NCBI GenBank assembly: GCA_024137785.1
Contig: JAHRHZ010000288.1
Coordinates: 7,910,820-7,974,819, forward strand
Reading direction: 5' to 3'
DNA length: 64,000 nt
Origin: Ginglymostoma cirratum
Lineage: Eukaryota
This document shows positions 53,330 to 64,000 of this stretch, one piece after another. Made by a program: the position numbers and the translations under genes. Under the pieces are notes generated by a model that saw only the letters and a list, made by a program, of their open reading frames with translations, made no database searches and was not told where the DNA came from. Within the stretch, counting starts at the first letter, position 1, and each line of letters begins with the position of its first letter.

Positions 53330-53640
53330 TTATGAGATGTAGGTGTTAGTGACTAACCAACATTTATTGCCCATCCCTAATTGTGTGGAGAGTAGTTGAA
53401 AGTCAACCACATTGCTGTGGCTCTGGAGTCATATATACACTGGCAGTTTCCTTCTCTAAAGGACATTAGTGAGCCAAAAAGGTTTCTCACAACAATTTCA
53501 TGATTTCATGGTCATCATTAGACTTATAATTCCAGATTTTTCATTGAATTCAAATTCCATTATCTGCCTTGGCAGGATTTGAACCCAGATACCCAGAACA
53601 TTATCATGATATCTGGATTAAAATTCTTGTGATGATACCA
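53330..53640 (-). mobile_element. tRNA-derived SINE (family not assigned)
   Basis: Minus strand has the B-box-like GGGTTCAAATCC near its 5' end. The body (GAAGGAAA.TGCC...GACT...CAATTAGGGATGGGCAATAAATGTTG) matches the opposite-orientation copy at 59260-59590. Confidence 0.75.
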
Positions 53641-53647
53641 TTATAAA

Positions 53648-53716
53648 GGAGCTGGTGGGACTTGAACCCAAGCCTCCAGGTTCAGAGGTAGGGGACACTA
53701 CCACTATATCACACAG
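53648..53716 (-). mobile_element. tRNA-like SINE head fragment
   Basis: Minus strand reads TGTGATATAGTGGTAG...GGGTTCAAGTCCCACC, with A-box and B-box at tRNA spacing but a poor acceptor stem. Confidence 0.6.
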
Positions 53717-54509
53717 CTCATTATTCTTTTAGAAACTTAGACCGATCAGCAATTATTAATCCTTCAATAGTGATATCACCAGGCCTCAACCACATAGATC
53801 AGCCTGTTGTCACGACACTCTTCTGGATAAACTATAAATAAAGTTAAATTTCATCCCTAAAACTCATAAAACCTATCATTTCAAAAATGTTTTAAAGAAT
53901 CAATGATCCTCTCAAAGTTGCACTGGTTTGCAGAATTAATTCAAACATTCCTCTCACATTTTACGATTTCAATTGAACTTACTAACGAACGTATCATCTT
54001 GTATTCACTCATGGGCATGCTGTTTTAGATTTGGTATAATTTCTTATACCTCTTCATATCAAAGTAGAAAGAACTGAAGCAAAACACCACAATCACACAG
54101 ATGTTCTTTCATCAAGGATTGTTTTAAGATTTCAACTTTAGAGACAGTTTATTTTTCTGCCATGAGTTCACGTTGCAATTGAGTACAGTAAAAACAAACA
54201 TTGTTTAATGTTTAATTTCTAAAATAAGATTCTATGCTATTTTCAAATACATACCACTATGATGTTTGCTGGCAGAATGGATCATCACGTTATTATACAT
54301 TGAAGTTAAATCAATGAAAATATAATGGGTGAGCACCTTCATTTTACAGATTTTTCTGGTCTGGTGCCATAATTATGTAAGCTAATTGCCGGGAGACAGA
54401 TATTGTGGAGGATAGGGTGTGTTTTAAACTAATATTGCTGTCAAAATTCCAGCAGCATTTATAGCTATAATCAGGATAAATATGCTTCCAGTAGATAACC
54501 AAATAAGAA

Positions 54510-54590
54510 CATTTTTGAAATACAGCACAGGAAATGCTGGAAATAATCAGGAGGTCTGGCAGCATCTGTGGAGAGAAGGACAAAGTCAGT
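54510..54590. mobile_element. Left arm of palindromic (Penelope-like) repeat
   Basis: TGCTGGAAAT..TCAGGAGGTCTGGCAGCATCTGTGGAGAGAA matches the arms of the hairpin element at 56748-56898. Confidence 0.65.
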
Positions 54591-55339
54591 GGGTTGACCT
54601 TAATTTAACCTGTCACAAAGAAACTTGGTGGTGAGACCTAGTAATTCATGCAGGAAGTTGAGTACTAATCAGCTAGTCATGGGAAAACCTCCTTTGATTA
54701 ATTAGGAGGCAGGAAGGGGCCAATGCATGCAACTTACCAGTTCGTGGGAAAATGTTAGTGGGCTCATTCATGAGCCATTTGACTCTAAGTATCCCTAAGA
54801 CCACCAGAATTGTCTGGTAGCTCATGGATTAAATGAAAGTTGCAGAATTCTCTCTCATCTCCTAAAGGCAGCTTACTAAAACCTGTTGGGCTTGCCCGCT
54901 ACCTCCAAGGAAGGGTCCCTTGTTTACCTCCATGAAATGTTTGATTGAGGGAATCAATGTCATAATGGGTGGGTTTCTGAAAGCCCCATCATTCCTCTTG
55001 TGTATTGCAAGCCCTCCCAGTGATACCTTCACGTCTCCATTTTCAGCTGCATTTAGGGATCTCGTGGCAGTCCTAGAGAGAGCCCTTTGAGCATAACCGA
55101 TGGTATCCAACTCTCTCTGTGGCATTGCTGGTAATGGAGATTTTTGTCCCTCTGAATAGCTGGAATTTCCACCCTCAGGATTGCAAATGTCTGAACCTGA
55201 CCAGTTAAGTGCCTAATGGCATTTCATGTGGTCAGACTGCCTCTGTAGAAAATATGCAGAATTCCAATTGGTCCTCAGACTGGTGGGTGAGAACACATTG
55301 CCCTCATTAATCCCAGGGAATCTTTCAGATTTATGAACA

Positions 55340-55425
55340 TGTTCTCCACAGATGCCTCCAGACCTTCCAGCATTTTCTGCTTTTATTTCTGATTTTGCAG
55401 CATTGGCATAATTTTGCTTTTGCAG
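55340..55425. mobile_element. Right arm of the same repeat, inverted relative to 54510-54590
   Basis: TTCTCCACAGATGCCTCCAGACCTTCCAGCATTTTCTGC is a degenerate reverse complement of the 54.5 kb arm. Confidence 0.6.
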
Positions 55426-56377
55426 ATAATTTTAGTGACCTCACCTAATATACGTCCACATTGCCGTCGCTACTTTGAAGTAACAATTATCACTTTTCCC
55501 ACCAATTTCTTTTCTGGCTTCAACAAATAAAAACTGTTGACAAAATACGGATTACATTACAAAAGCTTATGTCCATAAAACAAACATTTTCTACTAATTA
55601 CAGTAATGAACTTCATCACATTGTTTGTACTATATTAGGTGAGACAGAGTATTTAATAACAGAAGGCATTGTTATGTGCTTTCATCTGTTAAATGTCCCA
55701 GTCAAGCATCAAGCATAACAAAAAAAAATCACAATCTGCATTAATAGTCATTCTGAAGACAGAATACTATTATCATATTATTATAGTTTCTACCAATCAA
55801 ATATTAATTTATTGTATAAATAAATTGATTTGCAATAGATATTATAAATCTTGAGCAAATGGGTTCGTTAAGCTATAATACTAAAGGTTACATTAATGTA
55901 TTAATTGGGTAGTATTTAGCAATAGTAAATAAATGTTACAGCTCTATCTGATTCCATACAATATAACAAAAACAACATTGGAGAATGTAAAATAAACACA
56001 TAATTAAATGTATGGAAGATGTATGCGCATTTATAAACTACAATGAGAAATTATTAGCAACAGTTACAATTGGATCATGTTTTATGTTTCAGATCAAAAC
56101 CAGGAGAATTGTTTATAACATTTTTTGAAAGAAAGAAACTTTAATTACACATTTTGCTGGTAAACCATTGATGGGAGTAGACTACCATGTATGATCCCAT
56201 TATCTTGAGTTCCTTATTTCTACTGAATAACATTCAGGTAAAGCAAAATGTTAGGGAACACAAAAGTGAGATGACTAAATTACCAAAGTTTAATTCCAGA
56301 ATCTTGCTTTGAATGGAATTGAGTATTTTGATCAATCACCTCAGGTTTGATTCTCGATTTGTACTGAAATTTGCCAG

Positions 56378-57540
56378 TAGAATTTTACAGTACAGAAGGG
56401 GGCCATTCAACCCATCGTGTCTGTACTGGCTCCCAGAAGAATTACCCAGCTAGTCCCATTCTCCAGCCCTATCTCCATAGCCGTGTAAACTCATCGCTTT
56501 CAGATATATAGCCAGCCCTCTTCTGAAACTGCCTATGGAATCCACCTCCATTATTCTCCCAGACAGAGCATTCTGAATCTGAACAACTTTCTGAGTGAAG
56601 AAATTTCACCTCTACTCATTCCTAGCTCTCATGCTGACAACCTTGAAATTGTGACCCCTAGTTACTGACACGCCAACTCGTGGAAACTGAACATTCTTAA
56701 TAAAAACCCAAAGAACTGCATATGCTGTAAATGAGAGACAAAAATATAAATTGCTGGAAAAGCTCAGCAGATCTGGCAGCATCTGTGGAGAGAAATCAGA
56801 GTTAATGTTTTGGTTTGAGTTCTGAGGAAGGGTCACTTGACCCGAAATGATTTCTCTCCACAGATGCTGCCAGATCTGCTGAGATTTTCCAGCAATTTTA
56901 GTTTTTGGCTGTAACAGAATATCCTTGTTTACCCTGTCAAAATTGTTCATAATTCTGAACAACTCAATATGAGCACCTCTAAAACTCTGCTCCAAGGAAA
57001 ATGAGCCCAATTTCTCTAATTTTTTCTTGTATTTAAAATCTCTTATTTCAGATATCATTCTAGTAAATCGCCTTTAAACTTTCTACGCGGCTTTAACATC
57101 CTTCATTACATAAGGTGGCCGGAACTGAAGATTCCAAATGTGGTCTCACCATTGATTTGTGGAGGTGTAATATCTTGTTTTTATACCCCATGCCTCTATT
57201 TATAAACATAAGGATCCTATTAACCTTCTTTATAACTGTTTCAACTTGCCTGGCCACTTTCAGAGAATTATGCATTTGAACCTCACGGTCTCTCTGCTCC
57301 TGTACTCCCCTTAAAGTTGTACCATTGAGCCTCGAAAGTTTCTCTGTGTGTCTTCTACCAAACTTATTACCTTACGCTTCCCAGCATTGAAATTCATCTG
57401 CCAGATGTCTGCTCTTTTGACCAACTTGTCAATGTCTCTCTGAATCACTCAGTGTCAACCTCACAGTTTGCATGTTATCATCTGCAAATTGTGAGATTTT
57501 GCCCTCAACACACGCCTCCAAATCATTTATTTATTATCCA
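56378..57540 (-). mobile_element. Degenerate CR1-clade LINE, 3' fragment (interrupted at about 56690-56910)
   Basis: Minus-strand peptides KSMVRPHLE, LEKLGSFSLE and TRGHNFKV, plus KFADD-encoding sequence near 57480-57490. CR1-type 3' tail near 56380. Multiple frameshifts. Confidence 0.88.
56690..56910. mobile_element. Palindromic Penelope-like insertion with hammerhead-like core
   Basis: Inverted arms 56748-56798 and 56848-56898 match at 50/51 positions. The spacer contains CTGAGGA-A-GGGTC-ACTT-GACCC-GAAA. Confidence 0.7.
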
Positions 57541-57744
57541 GATGTAAGGAGTCTGCAACTGGATTCAGAATGTTGTAGGTTGAGAAGTGAAATTAACTAG
57601 TCTTTGACTGTTATGCCTGATTCAAGAACCGATGTTGTTTTCATGTGGTTGCCAAATAGGAATCAAAATCTATGGTGCTGTGCCCATTGTACAATGGCTT
57701 TCTTTCATATTCCCTCCCTGTTCATGCATGAAGCACGAGTAAGA

Positions 57745-58075
57745 CAATAACATAAGAAATAGGAGAGAGAGTAGGCCTGTCAGCTCCAATTTCCCATTCA
57801 GTGACATAATGGCTGATCTACTTCCGGCACAATTTCTGAACTTGGTAATATGTAGGAATCTATTGATCTGAGTTCTGAACGTACTCAATGGCTCAGCTTT
57901 CTAGGTTAGAGAATTCCAAAGATTCATTGAACTCTGAGTGTAGAGAATTTTTCTCTTCTCAGTTCTAAATGGCCTACCACTTATTCTGTGATTCTGTCAC
58001 CTAGTTTGAGACACCATGGCTGTAAAAAGCATCCTTCCTGCATCCACCTGTAAGAATTTTAAATGCTTGTATGAT
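57745..58075 (-). mobile_element. Old CR1-clade LINE 3' fragment
   Basis: Starts AACATAAGAAATAGGAG...GTAGGCC (reverse complement of a CR1 tail). The body resembles the other local CR1 3' ends (AGAATTCCAAAGATTCA...CTCTGAGTG). Confidence 0.7.
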
Positions 58076-58924
58076 ATCAGAGGGAGTCCACAGATCAAAT
58101 TATTATTTCTCATTTATTTCAATGTCTCATATGCAGAAAGAGATAAATGCCTTGTAAAGGGGGTGGGAGGGGAAGTGAGGAAGAAGCAAAAATCTTTGTC
58201 ACATATTGCCAGAATAAGTGTAGGGGATATATTTTCCCAAATGTATGGCTGGCCTTAGTAGATTGTGTAAGTGTAGTGTTTAGAGGATATATATCCGTGG
58301 TGATTACGCACTAACAATACAATCTGATTTCCTATCCACTCAGACATAAAATCCCCTCCATGTGATTTTCCTATTAGCCCATTTTCCATGTGATCCTATA
58401 CATTCAAGTGCAAAAACAGGAAAATCTGACTCAATACAAATGTCAGTCATTATTCCCTTACTCAAGGCTGATTTACATTCTCAGATTCAACTCAGAAAAT
58501 AAGAATCTTTTGCTGATATAAAAAATGTGTAGTCATGTTAGAAATAATTATAGTGTGATATTGTGAAACAGTACATGCATTGAGCTCAAAGTTCAAATAA
58601 CACAATTTACTGCAAAGGATTTGACATGCCAAAATGGGATAATTATACTTAATGATGGAATATGTTTTCCTTCCCAGAAGCCTGGATGTGGCATTGTGTT
58701 AAGCCATTTTAAGAAATTACTTTAAAAGAGGTATTAATCAGTTTATTACCGACAATCTAATGTTTTAAAATTGAATTTAGACAGTGCAGATGGTGTCTTT
58801 GAGAAATTTTATGGCATGATGGTAACAGAAGTGTAAACCTATCTGTATAGTTTAAACAATATTATAATGGAAATACTCAGTTATTGGAGCATTTGATGAT
58901 ATTAACTCAGCTTCATCTCAATCA

Positions 58925-59215
58925 TGGGTTTAACTTTTAGGGTGAGAGGAGAAACGTATAAAAGGGACCTAAGGGGCAACTTTTTCACACAGAGGATGGT
59001 GCGTGTATGGAATGAGCTGTGGGAGGAAGTGGCGGAGGCTGGTACAATTACAACATTTAAAAAAACATCTGAATGTGTACATGAATAAGAAGGGTTTAGA
59101 GGGATATGGACCAAATTCTGGCAAATGGGACTAAATTAATCTAGGATACCTGGTCAGCATGAACAAGTTTGTCCAAAGAGTCTGATTCGTGATGTACACA
59201 TCTATGACTCTAAAT
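58925..59215 (+). mobile_element. CR1-clade LINE 3' end
   Basis: Encodes RVRGETYKRDLRGNFFTQRMVRVWNEL and ends TCTATGACTCTA. It is the reverse-complement homolog of about 62870-63160. Confidence 0.88.
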
Positions 59216-59259
59216 CACTCCTAAATATCAGCTCTAATACTTGAGTGGAAAAATGAGGG

Positions 59260-59590
59260 GATGCTGGATCTGGGAACATGAGTTTAAATTTCATCAAGAA
59301 GGCTGCTGGAATTTTAAGTAAATTAATGAATCTAGAATCTAAAGATAGTCTCAGTAATAACCATGATAACTATTACCATTGGTCATAAAAACTCATCTAG
59401 TTCAATAATACCATAAGGGAAGGAAATCTGCCATCATAGTTCAGTCTCATCTACATATGATTTTAGAGGCACAGGAATGTAGATGACTCTTAACTGTTAT
59501 CTGAAATGGCCCTCAGTTCAAGGACAATTAGGATGGGCAACAAATGTTGACCTTGCCAATGACACTCACATCCAATGAATGAATACATGA
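59260..59590 (+). mobile_element. tRNA-derived SINE (same family as 53330-53640)
   Basis: GGGAAGGAAATCTGCC...GACTCTTAACTG...CAATTAGGATGGGCAACAAATGTTG, ending in a TGAATGAAT tail. Confidence 0.75.
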
Positions 59591-61056
59591 AAACAACTTT
59601 CAGAGTTGTACAGCTGTGAAGTGATGTATTTTTGCTCATTAGTATTTTGTTAGTAGTGAAGGCTGATATATTTTAAAAAGCAGATCACTCACTTATTGGA
59701 CCGAAAAATAAAGAAACCAGCTCTCGTTCTTGAAATGATGTTATGTGCAATCCTGTTCTACTTCTTTTCTCATTGCCAGCAGTCATTGTGCTATCAAAGT
59801 CGTTGCTTGGGTGAAAACATAGAATCAAAAGGTAGAGATTTACGTTAATGCAAAGTGACTTTTGGAACAGTGCTAAACTTGTATTCTGAATCTAAATAAG
59901 CAGTCCCCGGTTTATTAGATTCCTGAATATGTTTGTAAATTGATCTGCATGGAAGTTGGAACACAACACAAGACAATATAAAATGTCTGTTCAGAAGTAT
60001 AATAGAACATTTGCATGTTGGATCCTTAAACTTAATAGGACTACGGAATCTTTTTTGTGTGTGCAAATGCTCATAAGTCAGATGTTTGTAAGTCAGGGAC
60101 ACCTTGTAACTCTAAGACTTAGACCCCCTGCCTTTGGTTTGACATTTCAGGAGGCATAAAATCAGTTTTGTTTGAAATCTAGTCTAACTGATCATAGGCA
60201 GTTCATTAGATATTTTAACATTAACTGCAAAAATGGCAGGGATTCTTCCTTTCCCCCCTCTACACATGCAAAAAGAACCATGTTCACATCTTCAATCAAT
60301 TCATCTACTTGGATGGAATTGATACCATCAGGGAGTTGTTTGAGATGATGGCCAAGAGGAGGAGTAAGGTGAAGTTAGTTGATGTTATTTACTCAGATGT
60401 TATTAAGTGATGTTGCTTTCTCTGGTCTTTGATGGGTTTGGGCCCAGAGTCAGAGCATCAAATGAGGCCCAGGAATTAAAATTATGATCTGGTTTGGTAG
60501 TGGTTTACGGCTAGGGGAAGTTACAAATGGTTTGACCTGGCTGCTCCCTTTTATGCCCGTAATTCGCTCCAACACTTGCAATTCTCAATTAAATTTGAGC
60601 TCAGTGTGGCTGGAATGTAACTACACCATGTGGGGTGGTAACTTATAAATGTAAATGGCTCATTGACCCAATTTCAGTTGGGTTCTCCAGGTTGGTGAGG
60701 TTCATAAGATGTTGGCCAAAAGGGAATGAGGAAATATTAAATGGTGTTTCAATATTTTATAATCTTAAATATATTCTAAGGGCTACTTTCAAAATAGCAT
60801 TGGATTAAGTTTCTTATTTGTCTTTTCAGCTTGAGAATGAATCAAAGAGGAGAGAAAAAATTGTTGTATTCAGAATAAGTCTGACATAGTATAATTGGAA
60901 TCGGATTTGAGCCAAAAGTAATTGGAATCAATTTCAGGGAACAGCATAGACCACCCTTTAGAATTGATTAATCAAGGAATTTCAGCATAGATTTATTAAG
61001 TGAAGGTCGTCTCTGACTAACTTAATTGAGGAAGTGATAAACAGCATTAACAAGGG

Positions 61057-61677
61057 TAACAAGCATGGGGCTGGATGAACACAGCAGGTCAAGCAGCATC
61101 ATAGGAGCAGGAAAACTTGACGTTTCGGGCCTAAACGTCAAGTTNNNNNNNNNNNNNNNNNNNNNNNNNNNNNNNNNNNNNNNNNNNNNNNNNNNNNNNN
61201 NNNNNNNNNNNNNNNNNNNNNNNNNNNNNNNNNNNNNNNNNNNNNNNNNNNNNNNNNNNNNNNNNNNNNNNNNNNNNNNNNNNNNNNNNNNNNNNNNNNN
61301 NNNNNNNNNNNNNNNNNNNNNNNNNNNNNNNNNNNNNNNNNNNNNNNNNNNNNNNNNNNNNNNNNNNNNNNNNNNNNNNNNNNNNNNNNNNNNNNNNNNN
61401 NNNNNNNNNNNNNNNNNNNNNNNNNNNNNNNNNNNNNNNNNNNNNNNNNNNNNNNNNNNNNNNNNNNNNNNNNNNNNNNNNNNNNNNNNNNNNNNNNNNN
61501 NNNNNNNNNNNNNNNNNNNNNNNNNNNNNNNNNNNNNNNNNNNNGGAAAACTTGACGTTTCGGGCCTAAACGTCAAGTTTTCCTGCTCCTATGATGCTGC
61601 TTGACCTGCTGTGTTCATCCAGCCCCATGCTTGTTATCTCGGATTCTCCAGCATCTGCAGTACCTTTTATCTCTGAT
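61057..61677. mobile_element. Perfect-hairpin Penelope-like insertion with a 17-bp flanking direct repeat
   Basis: 69-bp perfectly complementary arms (61057-61125 and 61568-61636), flanked by ACAGCATTAACAAGGGT at 61041-61057 and 61678-61694. Confidence 0.8.
61145..61544. other. Assembly gap (400 N)
   Basis: Run of N. Confidence 1.
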
Positions 61678-62384
61678 ACAGCATTAACAAGGGTGATGTG
61701 TTGGTTGTGGTCTGCACTGATTCTTGCAAGGCTTTTGACAAGGTTCAACATGGTTGGCTGGTCAATACAGTAAAACTCCTTGGAATCAAAGGGGAGAGGG
61801 TTTTGGGGTTGGGTGGCAAATTGGACCCAAAATGGGCTTAGTGACAAGAAGCACAGGTTAATGGTTAATGAGTGTTTTTCAATTGGAAGGCCATGAGCAA
61901 AGGATTCTGCAGGGATTATCATTCAGTCCTTGCTTTTTGTGGTTTAGATTAATAATTCAGATTTGAATATAAGGGGCACAATAAAGAATTGTGCTGATGA
62001 TACAAGAATTGGCTGTGTAGTTAACAACAAAGTGGTAATACATTTGACTGCAAGGAGATAAAGATGTTTCATTCAGCTGAGCAGAAAAATGGGGGTAAAT
62101 AGAATTCAAACTGGAGAAGTGCGAGTTAAATGCATTTTGGGAAAGGCAACGGAATGTGCAATAAATGAGAGAACATTAAGTTGTGTGGATGAACAGAGAG
62201 ACCTAGGAATTTAGGTCCAAAGCTCAGAGTATAATAAAAAATACATTTTTCAAGTCTTCTTCTTGAGATTTCCTTCAAGACCGATTTTTGATTTTTGGGG
62301 AATTCTTTTTGGTTTAAAGGAGCACATTTTCTATTTTCACAAACTCATTTATAAGGTGACACTGTCCCATAGACCACAGGACTG

Positions 62385-62860
62385 TAATAATTAGGACAGG
62401 AATAGGTCAATCAGCCCCTTAACTGACCTGACTTTCTCACATCCACTTTTCTGCCCTTTCCCTGTAACCCTCGATTCCCCAACTGATCAAGAATCTATAT
62501 CACCCTTAAATATATGCAAGGACTCTGTTCCCAGAGCTCTTTATGGCAAGGAAATCCAAAGACTCTCAATCTTCTGACAGAAGAAATACTTCCTGATCGC
62601 AGTCTTCAATTCGTGCCCTTTAATTCTGTTAATCACTCTCGTCCTAGAATCTCCCATGAGGGAAAACATCCTCTCGGCATTTACCCAACCAAGCCACTAA
62701 GAATCCCATATGTTTCAATGTGATCATCTCTCACTCTTCTAAGCCCCAGTGAATAGATTCCCAAACTGTTTAGCCTTTGCTCATATGACAATGCCTCCAT
62801 CTTGGGAATCAACTTAGTGAACCTTCACTGAACAGCCTTCACTGAAATGATATCTTTCAG
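62385..62860 (-). mobile_element. Older CR1-clade LINE 3' fragment
   Basis: TAGGACAGGAATAGGTCAATCAGCCC tail, and a body similar to the 56.4 and 57.8 kb copies. Confidence 0.72.
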
Positions 62861-62867
62861 AAAGTTG

Positions 62868-64000
62868 CAGAATCATAAATTCATAGAGTTGAACAGCACG
62901 GAAACAGAACTTCAGTCCAGCTCAACCATGTTGACCAGATATCCTAAATGAATTTAGTCCCATTTTCCAGCATTTGGCCCATATCCCTCTAAACCCTTCC
63001 TATTCATGTACCCATTCAGATGCCTTTTAAATGTTGCAATTGTACCAGCCTCCACCACTTCTCCTGGCAGCTCATTCTATATGCATTCTGTCCTCCGTGT
63101 GAAAACATTTCCCCTCAGGTCCCTTTTAAATCTTTCCCCTCTCACCTTAAACCTATGCTGTCTAGTTTCAGATTCCCCCACCCTGGGGAAAAGATCCCGC
63201 CTATTCACCCTATCCATGTCTCTGATGATTTTATAAACCTCTATAAGGTAACCCCTCAGTCTCCAACATTCCAGGGAAAATTGCCCCAGCCTATTCAGCC
63301 TCTCCCTATAGCTCAAACCCTCTAACCCTGGCAACATCCTTGTAAATGTATTTTTGAACCCCTTCTAGTTTCACAACATACTTCCTATAGAAGGAGACCA
63401 AAACTGCACACATTGCTCCAAAAATGGTTGAACCATTGTCCTGTACAGTGTAAATGTCCTCCCAACTCCTTTACTCAATGCATTGACCAGTAAAGGCAAG
63501 CATACCAAGCACCATCTTCACTATCCTACCTACCTGAGACTCTACTTTCAAGGAACTATGAGCCTGCACTCCAAGGTCTCTTTGTTCAGCAACACCACCC
63601 AGGGCCTTACCATTATGTATGTAAGTCCTGCCATGATTTGCCTTTCCAAAATGCAACACCTTACATTTATCTAAAATAAATTTCACTGCCACTCCTCAGT
63701 CCATTGGCCCATCTGTTCAAGATCCTGTTGTACTCTGGAATAATCTTCTTTGCTGTAAGCTGCCTCTCCAATTTTGGTGTCATCTGTAAACTTACTAACC
63801 ATATTCTCTATGTTCACATCCAAATCATTTATATAAATGATAAAAAAAACAGTGGACCCAGCACTAATCCTTGTGGCACAGTGTTGGTCACAGGCCTCCT
63901 GTCTGAAAAGCAACCCTCCACCACCACCCTCTGTCTTCTACCTTTGAGCCAGTTCTGTATCCAAATAGCTAATTCTCCCTGTATTCCATGTGATCTAACG
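62868..64000 (-). mobile_element. CR1-clade LINE (shark HER1-like), 3' part of ORF2, runs past window end
   Basis: ORF-track peptides IYINDLD..VSKFTDDTKIG, KCKVLHFGKAN..EQRDLGV and GLSYRERLNRLGQFSLECWRLRG..RGERFKRDLRGN. AGAATCAT-type tail repeats near 62870. Frameshifted. Confidence 0.93.

Larger units (their letters stand above)
60915..62225 (+). mobile_element. Degenerate CR1-clade LINE reverse-transcriptase fragment, interrupted by a hairpin insertion
   Basis: Decayed RT motifs: TNLIE (about 61015), KAFDKV (about 61728), ADDT (about 61994), EKCE and EQRDLG (about 62115-62207). Confidence 0.82.

Noticed and set aside
53648-53716. Possible tRNA gene
   Set aside because: A and B boxes are present, but the acceptor stem is poor and it abuts a SINE; more likely a SINE head.
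62868-64000. Functional reverse-transcriptase gene
   Set aside because: Split across frames with stops; a decayed LINE copy.

Overview
Vertebrate genomic DNA, most likely a cartilaginous fish (inferred from the repeat families and the ancestral-type ZIC4 protein). It covers the head-to-head ZIC1/ZIC4 zinc-finger gene pair. The 5' part of ZIC1 exon 1 is on the minus strand (ATG at 624, running off the window start; the ORF track misses it). A complete two-coding-exon ZIC4 is on the plus strand (13323-14487 + 17601-18037, 533 aa). About 1-52 kb is a CpG-retaining regulatory landscape with no recognisable transposons and many transcription-factor motif clusters. From about 52.3 kb the sequence is CpG-depleted and packed with CR1-type LINE fragments, tRNA-derived SINEs and palindromic Penelope-like insertions. 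The best leads are: (i) an alternative ZIC4 splice from inside the EWYV codons to an exon at 20793 that builds a TGA stop across the junction; (ii) a full-length ZIC4 that keeps the ZOC and EWYV motifs; (iii) the sharp CpG/transposon boundary; (iv) hairpin insertions with hammerhead-ribozyme remnants, one of which probably caused a false assembly gap. Almost all other ORFs in the track are spurious. I see no evidence of a new multi-gene system. Comparisons with other species are from memory and need checking.
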